NCBI GenBank assembly: GCA_037447435.1
Contig: JBBIGR010000012.1
Span: forward strand, 32,001-96,000
Length of the DNA stretch: 64,000 nt
From: Fibrobacteria bacterium
GTDB taxonomy: Bacteria > Fibrobacterota > Chitinivibrionia > Chitinivibrionales > FEN-1185
Direction: 5' to 3'
Shown here: in pieces, positions 9,107 through 16,806 of the stretch
Position numbering within the stretch: position 1 is the first letter of the stretch
How the letters are laid out: each line of letters starts with the position of its first letter
The notes under the pieces: generated by a model
Database searches by the model: none
Seen by the model: only the letters and a program-made list of their open reading frames with translations
Told to the model about the DNA's origin: nothing
Made by a program: the position numbers and the translations under genes

Positions 9107-11278
9107 ATGCCGCCCAAAAAAGCCAATCAGGCGCAGTTTTATTTTTTCTCGGGGACGCTGAGTCATGACACCTTTGAAGTTATGAATTTTTCAGGTACGG
9201 ATAGAATATCAAGCACCTATAAATTCAGCCTTATGCTCATATCCCATCGCGCCGATATTTCACCCGATGACGTCGTCAACAAGGCAGGGACTTTGATGAT
9301 TTTTAGGGACGGCGAATATTATCCCTATTCGGGTATAGTTTCGGAATTTAGGTTTCTTGGAAAAAGCCTGGACCGCGCGACCTATTGCCTCACTCTTGTC
9401 CCGAAGCTTTGGTTGCTTAATCTGAATATACAGACAAGGATTTTCCAGAAAAAAAAGGTTAATCAGATCATAAAGCTCGTGCTCGACGGCGCAAACTTGT
9501 CCGATTATTACAGGTTCCAAATTGACGAAAGCAAATACGCTGAACAGGAATACGTCGTTCAATATCAGGAATCCGATTTTAACTTCATATCCCGGCTCAT
9601 GGAAGCAAACGGTATTTGGTACTTTTTTAACGAAAATCCGATTTTGGCCGAAGAACTCGACGGATCGACCGGCGTGGAACAAATGGTCATATCCGACAAG
9701 GCCTCGTCTTTTGAATTTATTGCAACGACCTCCGATGTTTTATTCCGCACGGTTTCGGGCATGGCGGAACAAATTGATACCGATGAAAAAGAGTCGATTC
9801 ATGACATTGAACTGTTCCGTCAGGTTATCTCAAAAGAAGTCCTTTTAAAGGATTATAACTACCGCACTCCGGAAATCGATCTGCGTGGTCGTAAACCGGT
9901 TAAAACCGGCGATGTCGGTACCGTGTACAGCTATGGCGAACATTTCAAAAACACTACGGAGGCCGACCGGCTTGCCGAAGTATCGGCAAACCGAATTTCG
10001 ACCCAGAAGATATCCATAGACGGAAGCGGCAATTGCCGCGGTCTTCGTGCCGGGAAACGATTTACCCTTCAGGAACATTTTCTGGATACGATGAACGGCA
10101 AATACGTTGTTACTCAAGTGACGCATCAAGGCAGTCATACAATGGAAGGCGACAGCATGAACGTCTACACCTATGCCAATAGGTTTAATTGCATTCCTGC
10201 CGCGTCTGCCGATTCATACAGACCCTTACAGCGGACGCCGGTTCCGCGTGTCCACGGAATCATGACTGCTCAAATCGAAGCAAACGGATCGAATTATGCC
10301 GCACTCGACGACATGGGCAGGTATAAGGTTCGTATGCCTTTTGATTTGTCGAATGCGAAAAATTATGAGGCCTCCCGTTATATCCGGCTGGCGCAGCCCT
10401 ATGCGGGCTCGAATTACGGCATGCATTTTCCTTCACATGAAGGCACGGAAATGGTTTGGGCGTGCATAGACGGCAACCCCGACCGCCCGCTCGGTTTGGC
10501 AACGGTGCCAAATGCGAATACCATTTCTCCTGTTGTCAGTGCAAACAAACAGCAAAATCTTATTCGAACCGCGGGAGGAAACGAGCTTTTGCTCGATGAT
10601 ACCGATGCCAAGCAAAAAGCGAGGCTCACGACAAAATCTAAGCATACGCTCGAAATGGACGATGATCTTAAACGGGTTTTTGTCTCGTCCAAAGACCAGA
10701 ACAAGCTTTTGCTCGATGATAAAAACGAAGTCGTGTCCTGGAACGGCAAAAGCCATTCCATAACCATGACGTATAAGAGCGGCAGCGAAAGTATCGTCAT
10801 TACGACAAAAGACGGCCATATCGTGAAAATGGACGACAAAAACAAAAAATTGACAATACAGACAAAGGCCGGCAACATCATCGACATGGACGATTCGGGC
10901 AAAAAAATTGCCATGGCCGATTCCGCGGGCAAAAACAAGGTTACTTTGGACGGCGACGGCAATAAAATCCTTATAGACTCCCAAGGTGAAATACAGATCA
11001 GCGCAGCAAAGGATTTAACGATAAAAGCCGCGAACATCAAAATGACCTCGCAAGGCAAAATCGACATGCAGGCTTCTGGTGATTTCACGGTCAAAGGTAT
11101 GAAGGTTTCCCAAAAAGCGGACATGGATTTCGAGGCTAAAGGCATGAATGTTAAAGTGGAAGCTGATATGAATATGACTATCAAGGGCGGCATGCAGACA
11201 AAAGTCGGCGGCATGATGACCGAACTTTCGGGTGATACAATGGCAAAGGTTAAAGGCGCGATCGTCATGATAAATTGA
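9107..11278 (+). CDS. vgrG: Type VI secretion / contractile injection spike protein VgrG
   Basis: QYQESDFNFISRLMEANGIWYFF, DYNYRTP, LDDMGRYKVR, IRLAQPYAG..GMHFP, GNPDRP, gp5-like beta repeats ending KGAIVMIN; AAGGAGG SD. Confidence 0.93.
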   Translation: MPPKKANQAQFYFFSGTLSHDTFEVMNFSGTDRISSTYKFSLMLISHRADISPDDVVNKAGTLMIFRDGEYYPYSGIVSEFRFLGKSLDRATYCLTLVPKLWLLNLNIQTRIFQKKKVNQIIKLVLDGANLSDYYRFQIDESKYAEQEYVVQYQESDFNFISRLMEANGIWYFFNENPILAEELDGSTGVEQMVISDKASSFEFIATTSDVLFRTVSGMAEQIDTDEKESIHDIELFRQVISKEVLLKDYNYRTPEIDLRGRKPVKTGDVGTVYSYGEHFKNTTEADRLAEVSANRISTQKISIDGSGNCRGLRAGKRFTLQEHFLDTMNGKYVVTQVTHQGSHTMEGDSMNVYTYANRFNCIPAASADSYRPLQRTPVPRVHGIMTAQIEANGSNYAALDDMGRYKVRMPFDLSNAKNYEASRYIRLAQPYAGSNYGMHFPSHEGTEMVWACIDGNPDRPLGLATVPNANTISPVVSANKQQNLIRTAGGNELLLDDTDAKQKARLTTKSKHTLEMDDDLKRVFVSSKDQNKLLLDDKNEVVSWNGKSHSITMTYKSGSESIVITTKDGHIVKMDDKNKKLTIQTKAGNIIDMDDSGKKIAMADSAGKNKVTLDGDGNKILIDSQGEIQISAAKDLTIKAANIKMTSQGKIDMQASGDFTVKGMKVSQKADMDFEAKGMNVKVEADMNMTIKGGMQTKVGGMMTELSGDTMAKVKGAIVMIN

Positions 11279-11316
11279 TCGCTCTTTCCAATCGTCTTTC
11301 GCAAAATCCATATTAT

Positions 11317-11348
11317 AGGCATCCTGCTTTAATCGGCACGATGCCTTT
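11317..11348 (+). terminator. Hairpin after vgrG
   Basis: AGGCATCCTGC...GCACGATGCCTTT. Confidence 0.55.
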
Positions 11349-11431
11349 AGTAATTTTATAGGTCATATCTGAGACGTGTAGATATGATCTCAGCTTAATC
11401 TATCCGGATCGGCATATTTAAGGAGCAATCT

Positions 11432-12472
11432 ATGAACCAAAGTCGTTGTTTTTGCACAAAGTCGTTCTTGCTTTTTTCCCTTTCTGCAATTTTATTTTCT
11501 TCGAAAGCAACGGTATTCATTGCCACCGACACAATTTCCCTCAAAGGTAAACAGGTCATTGTCCGGGCTTCGTCGGAGCTAAAATCCTTAAAAAACGATC
11601 CGGTGACGAATAGTTTAAAGAACCTTTACGACAACGATTCCACGACGCGTTGGATAGAAGGCAGCCAACTCACCGGTGCGGGCGAATGGCTTGATATTAA
11701 ATACCCTTCTAAAAGTAAATTCAGGGGAATGATTTTCGGGCTCGGATGCAGGAAAGATTTTATGTGTATGGAGGATTATAGCATACCTTTGACCATCAAG
11801 GTAAAAATAGATGACAAACCGACCTTCGATTATTCCATCGATTGGGACACAAAAGACGACGCTCGTAACAGCATTACGCGCCAGGAAGTTAATATGCGTA
11901 AAGCAATGTTCTGGTTCAATACCGACACCGCATTTACAACCGCGTCAATACAAGTAAAATTCGAAACAGTGCAAAACGGGCAGCGATACCAGAAACTTGC
12001 AATGTCGGACCTTGAACCGATCGATGCCGACAACACTCAATTCGATTTGTTAAACATCCTGAAAAACATCACCATTAACCCAAACGACATGGGTACGGTC
12101 AATTCGCCCGTAATTATGTTGGGCCAGGATTCGCCAGCCCGTATCAAGCAATGTCTTGATAGCGTTTATAGCGACCAGGGTTCTTCGTGGAAAAACGATT
12201 CAGCCAAAATCGATTTCGGCCTAAACGTTGGAATGCATGCTATTACCGATCCGGCAGAACTTACCGCCCTTATCGGTGTTTTAAAGCAGTTATTCTTAAG
12301 AGACAATAAACTTATCCGATTCAGGACTGTTGGCCGTACAATGACCTATATGATGAAGATCGGCCCAGTATCAATCGGCGACAATACGTGGGACATTTGG
12401 CGTTATATCAGCACTACTACGTCATCAAAGGGCATTGAACTGTCCATAAAATATGTTCCGTTTAAAAATTAG
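11432..12472 (+). CDS. Secreted protein with a discoidin-like/carbohydrate-binding beta-sandwich domain
   Basis: Signal-peptide-like N-terminus; RASSEL...NLYDNDSTTRWIEG...GEWLDIKY pattern; AAGGAG SD. Confidence 0.55.
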   Translation: MNQSRCFCTKSFLLFSLSAILFSSKATVFIATDTISLKGKQVIVRASSELKSLKNDPVTNSLKNLYDNDSTTRWIEGSQLTGAGEWLDIKYPSKSKFRGMIFGLGCRKDFMCMEDYSIPLTIKVKIDDKPTFDYSIDWDTKDDARNSITRQEVNMRKAMFWFNTDTAFTTASIQVKFETVQNGQRYQKLAMSDLEPIDADNTQFDLLNILKNITINPNDMGTVNSPVIMLGQDSPARIKQCLDSVYSDQGSSWKNDSAKIDFGLNVGMHAITDPAELTALIGVLKQLFLRDNKLIRFRTVGRTMTYMMKIGPVSIGDNTWDIWRYISTTTSSKGIELSIKYVPFKN

Positions 12473-12918
12473 TTTTACCTGACAATATTCGTTCTCGATT
12501 TGAATGAATCCTGCGATTTAAGCTTTTCCGGGGGGCAACGCTTGCCGATTTATCGGTCAGAGCGTTTTTAGCCATTCCAGGATTTTTATTAGCAAGCATA
12601 CACAATTCGCGCAATGATATCTTGGTATCGCAAGGAAAGGTTGCCTTACTAGGAGAAGCTGGAACCCTTCGGGTTCTTGCTGGGAATAAATCATATTTTG
12701 TATTTTATTTGACTTCGGTTGAAAATTTAAGAATATATAAAATTACAATGTCATAATCTATTTTATTTATAAAACATAACTTAACTAATAAAATCAAAGC
12801 ATTAAACAGTATAAAAAATTTTATAAACATATTTTAGAAAACAATATGACACATTTATAGAAAAAATCGTTATATTTAGGATTATAGTTCTTCAATTTTT
12901 TAAAGGAGCAAAATTTCC

Positions 12919-14031
12919 ATGAAAAAGTATTATTTGCTTTTTGTAGGCATTGTAATATTCACAACTACTTTAAGCGCTCAAACCGCTTCAACATGGCCTC
13001 ACAATAACGGCAAATATGGGAAAGGAACAAGGTTTATTAGTGTTTTTAATGAAATGACAAAAAATATTACTGTTTATTTTAGGTCCACAAGTGATAATCC
13101 GACGTTGGTGAAATGCTCTATATTGCCGTCGAAAGATACAATAGTCCAACTTCCAAATTCCTGGTCTTCTGGCCAAATATATGCAACGTATGATACGTCA
13201 TACCAGAAACCCTATGTCTCGTTAGGTGAATGGACTCTCGGAGCCTCTGGCGCCGGTTATGCGGATTTTTACGATGTTTCTTTTGTTGACGCGTTCAGCT
13301 TGCCTATGCTTATGGGGCCGGTAGTCGGAACATATACAAAAAGAAGACCGGCCGCTCCGGATAGTATGTATGACTGCGGAGCAGTTCGATGTACAACAGA
13401 CTTGATTCCTATTTGTCCGCTCCTACAACAAAAGAAAAATGCGGCCGGAGTTTGCATAGCTTGCCTGTCGGGTTGTCAGACTGCGCATCAAAATAACTGG
13501 CCACAAGCACGGATAGATTCCTTTTGTTGTTCCGGCCATGACAGTATTCCGGCAACTTGTCCTGCTTATACCATTTCCAATTGGTTTAAACAACTAAACT
13601 CCGACGGCTATAGTTATGCGTATGATGATCTGAAAAGCACCTTTGTTTGTGTGCCGCCAACAGCCGACCATTATGGCCCCGATTATTATGTCATATTCGG
13701 AACCTCCTATCCGCCATCCGTCCAAGACCCTCGGAAAATCGGAACATCCGTTTTATCAAATACCACAACAAATATGAGAATGAAGGGGTTGACCTTTTAT
13801 GTAGACCGTCATAATATCTTGCAATACAACATTGCTTCCGAGCAGTTCTCCCAAATGTCGCTTTCAATTTACTCATGCAACGGCATGCTTGTATCAAAAC
13901 AATCGTTGAATTGCGCTAAGGGAAAAATCTCTATGGCAAGCTTGCCCCCCGGGGCGTATGTCCTCAATATTAATTCCGCTCGGATTTCGGCTTCTCAAAG
14001 TGTTTTCGTAACCAAAAACGAAGGCAATTAA
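12919..14031 (+). CDS. Secreted thaumatin-like (PR-5/GH152-type) protein with T9SS-like C-terminal domain
   Basis: SLGEWTL, DFYDVSFVDAFSLPM, ACLSGC, FCCSG, YSYAYDD, many Cys; C-terminal LSIYSCNGMLV...LPPGAYVL. Confidence 0.85.
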   Translation: MKKYYLLFVGIVIFTTTLSAQTASTWPHNNGKYGKGTRFISVFNEMTKNITVYFRSTSDNPTLVKCSILPSKDTIVQLPNSWSSGQIYATYDTSYQKPYVSLGEWTLGASGAGYADFYDVSFVDAFSLPMLMGPVVGTYTKRRPAAPDSMYDCGAVRCTTDLIPICPLLQQKKNAAGVCIACLSGCQTAHQNNWPQARIDSFCCSGHDSIPATCPAYTISNWFKQLNSDGYSYAYDDLKSTFVCVPPTADHYGPDYYVIFGTSYPPSVQDPRKIGTSVLSNTTTNMRMKGLTFYVDRHNILQYNIASEQFSQMSLSIYSCNGMLVSKQSLNCAKGKISMASLPPGAYVLNINSARISASQSVFVTKNEGN

Positions 14032-14044
14032 AAATCGTTTGCGA

Positions 14045-14066
14045 GGGGCACAAAATTTTGTGCCCC
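14045..14066. terminator. Palindrome between convergent genes
   Basis: Perfect 22-bp palindrome GGGGCACAAAATTTTGTGCCCC. Confidence 0.65.
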
Positions 14067-14072
14067 CCCCCT

Positions 14073-16052
14073 TTACGGCACGGTTGTTGTCGCAAGATAC
14101 GACATCAATTTGTTGTATTCAAACATCAAATGCCCCAGCATATATTTGGTATGTCCATCGTTTGAATTGACCGTCAATGCCTTTTCATATTGTGAAATTG
14201 CATTTTCGATTATCGTCTTGCTTGCATACAGATTTTGCAAAGTTTCCCCATATGATTTGTCGAAATTCTGCTTCATACGCAGCATATATTCTTCGAATTC
14301 CATATTTTGCGCATTCATACTGTATCCCATCGATTCGAAATCGGTATCTATGGTCTGCTTGACGGCAACGACATTGCCCGAATCCAAATCAAACAATTGG
14401 GGAAAAATATTTTTCCGGAACTTTGCAATTGAGATAAGGCCGACACACGGTTCATTATGCGAATCGATTTTCGAAAACAGTATTTCGGGCTTATCGTCCG
14501 TGCTGATCGGCACAGTACCGGCATATTCAACAATGCCGTCCTGATCCGTGACAAAGGAATTGAACACATCATATACAGATGTGATATTGACCTGACCAAG
14601 GTCCTCTTTGATTTGATTGTCCTGAAGCAGTTTCTGCGCCTTAGTAAAATCTATGCGCAGAGGCATTTTGCTCCCGAGAAGCACGGTATGTCCGGTATTC
14701 TTGCGCCCTCCCGAATAATATACCGCGGCATACGGAAATGCCTCATGAAACGTTTTAAGCAATACCTTATAATCCCGTTCGACAATTCCATGGAGCGGTA
14801 TCCATTGACACATAATTCCTTTATCCGTAAGCTTACTTTTGCACAGTTTGTAAAACTCCTCCGTATAGAGCACCCAACTATCGCCGCTTGTTGGATGCGT
14901 GGCATCGGCACTGATTAAATCATATCGTTTTTTTGTCGTGAAAACAAAATTCCTGCCGTCGTTGACAATGAAGTGTATCTTTGGATTATTAAGAACGTCG
15001 TGGTTATCGTAATTGAAATATTTGGCAGCCTCAAAAGCCTTGTCGCAAATCTCGACGCAATCGACCTGTTCGATTCCGGGCGAAGTCGTTATTGCACCTG
15101 CCACGATCCCGCTGCCAAAGGTAACGACGAGTGCATTGTGCGCATCGGGCATATAAAGAATAGGCAAAATACCGAGAAAGCGAAAAGCGCGCATGCTGAA
15201 ATAATCGGTGCTTACTTCGCCTATCCCGTCTATCAACATATATCTTTGTAAATTTTGCCTTGCATTTTGGAATACCGTGGTTGTTCCATTTATCGCTTCC
15301 TTGCAATACAGCATGTCGTTTTCCGGAGCCGGATATTTGGCGCGATAAATATTTACAAAAGAATTTTGCGGAATTATCCAGAGCACAAAACCGACGGAAA
15401 GAAAAGCAACTGTTGATAAAAGGATTTTTAACCGACGTTCAATTGTCGATCCGATACACACACATACCAAACCGATAATCGCATTCACGAGGGAAATTGC
15501 AAAAATGCTGTTCTGGACACCCACAAACGGGATAAGAATAAACCCCCCTGCAAAAGATCCGAATGCGCCGCCCAAAGTATTAAACGCAAACACATTTCCT
15601 ATCGATTTCCCTATTGCGTTGGATTGTACCGAATAGATCTTGGTGAAAACGGGAAATGCCCCTCCTGCCAATAGCGTGGGTATTAGCATGACTATAGAGA
15701 AAACTAAAAACCGTATAAAGATTTCCTGTCCCCAATTTGTTCCGAGCACCCTATTGAGCTCTATAATCAAATTATTCGATTGAAAAATGAGAGGGATTGA
15801 AATCAAACTGAAAATCCCTATGCCGATTTCCATGAGGCCCAGAAGAAAGTAGGAATCTTTTTTTGAATCTATGATTCGCGAAAAAAACACGCTGCCGGCT
15901 GTAAGACCGAATAAAAACGTGGTGAGCATAATACCGAAGGAATAAATACTTGTATCGACAAAATATTTCAGAATCCTGAACCATAATACTTCATACGACA
16001 TTGTGCAAAACCCGGCAAAAGCGGCGATTATCAATAAAAAAGAAGCCTTCAT
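14073..16052 (-). CDS. Membrane (MFS-like) plus spermidine-synthase-like domain and C-terminal TPR-like helices; C-terminal part of a split fused protein
   Basis: YEVLWFRIL...GNVFAFNTLGGAFG TM block; VDCVEI, NDGRNFV, YDLISAD, LYTEEFY, CQWIP. Confidence 0.85.
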   Translation of the reverse strand: MKASFLLIIAAFAGFCTMSYEVLWFRILKYFVDTSIYSFGIMLTTFLFGLTAGSVFFSRIIDSKKDSYFLLGLMEIGIGIFSLISIPLIFQSNNLIIELNRVLGTNWGQEIFIRFLVFSIVMLIPTLLAGGAFPVFTKIYSVQSNAIGKSIGNVFAFNTLGGAFGSFAGGFILIPFVGVQNSIFAISLVNAIIGLVCVCIGSTIERRLKILLSTVAFLSVGFVLWIIPQNSFVNIYRAKYPAPENDMLYCKEAINGTTTVFQNARQNLQRYMLIDGIGEVSTDYFSMRAFRFLGILPILYMPDAHNALVVTFGSGIVAGAITTSPGIEQVDCVEICDKAFEAAKYFNYDNHDVLNNPKIHFIVNDGRNFVFTTKKRYDLISADATHPTSGDSWVLYTEEFYKLCKSKLTDKGIMCQWIPLHGIVERDYKVLLKTFHEAFPYAAVYYSGGRKNTGHTVLLGSKMPLRIDFTKAQKLLQDNQIKEDLGQVNITSVYDVFNSFVTDQDGIVEYAGTVPISTDDKPEILFSKIDSHNEPCVGLISIAKFRKNIFPQLFDLDSGNVVAVKQTIDTDFESMGYSMNAQNMEFEEYMLRMKQNFDKSYGETLQNLYASKTIIENAISQYEKALTVNSNDGHTKYMLGHLMFEYNKLMSYLATTTVP

Positions 16053-16696
16053 AACCGGGCATCCTCAGGCTTCGAAGCGTTGATATTTACAAAAGCAACA
16101 ACGCCGATGATCAAATCGATTCCCGCCGCGCCTATCATCGTGCCTTTCATTCCCGCGAACCTTAAGAAAAAAAAGACGGTCCCCATGCACCCGATAACAC
16201 TTCCCAAGGTATTTACGGCATAGAGCACGCCTATTTCCTTGCCCGCAGTTTCTTTACTCGTAACAGCTATTTTCCCCACAAGAGGGAATGTAGCGCCCAT
16301 AAGTGTGGTTGGAACTATTAAAAAAAGCAAGCAGAGGAAAAACAATGCGATCCTGAGTGAATAAAAACCGGGATTCAAAACCGTATTGACTGCATGGTAA
16401 AAATCCATGAAACCTGGGAAGGCAAATACTAAAATGATGGTCGAAACGGATATTCCTACATGAACGAATGAAAATGTCGGCATTGCGTTTTGAAGTCTAT
16501 CGGCAACACGGCCGAAAATAATTCCTCCCAATGCCAATCCGAGCATGAAGGAAACCAACACAGTGCTTATGCTAAAAACCGTTACGCCAAAAACCAGATT
16601 AAGCATTCTTGACCACACAATTTCGTAGATAAGATTGCAGAATCCGGATAAAAAGAACAAGAGGAGAATTGTGTTGATTTTGGGTTTTATTCGCAT
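16049..16696 (-). CDS. N-terminal membrane repeat of the fused MFS/spermidine synthase family
   Basis: FFLSGFCNLIYEIVWSRML, PTTLMGATFP, LYAVNTLGSVIG; likely start ATG 16696 (the longer ORF start lies inside a terminator). Confidence 0.85.
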   Translation of the reverse strand: MRIKPKINTILLLFFLSGFCNLIYEIVWSRMLNLVFGVTVFSISTVLVSFMLGLALGGIIFGRVADRLQNAMPTFSFVHVGISVSTIILVFAFPGFMDFYHAVNTVLNPGFYSLRIALFFLCLLFLIVPTTLMGATFPLVGKIAVTSKETAGKEIGVLYAVNTLGSVIGCMGTVFFFLRFAGMKGTMIGAAGIDLIIGVVAFVNINASKPEDARL

Positions 16697-16744
16697 GGCA
16701 TTTTTGAACTTAAGGAAAAATCGGAAGCGATTATTGAAACTAAA

Positions 16745-16790
16745 AATACTTTCAGGGTCTTTGCACAATGTCAAAGACCCTGAAAGTATT
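16745..16790 (-). terminator. Terminator after the GH2 gene
   Basis: 19-bp perfect IR AATACTTTCAGGGTCTTTG / CAAAGACCCTGAAAGTATT, T-tract on the minus strand. Confidence 0.8.
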
Positions 16791-16806
16791 ACACTGTTCC
16801 TGGTTT

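Noticed and set aside
10414..11322. 302-aa antisense ORF (and a 183-aa one) over the vgrG needle
   Set aside because: Shadow of repetitive, codon-biased vgrG sequence; no recognisable motifs
12555..12695. Short minus-strand ORF (~45 aa, MIYSQQEPEG...) in the intergenic region
   Set aside because: No SD or recognisable features; too short to support
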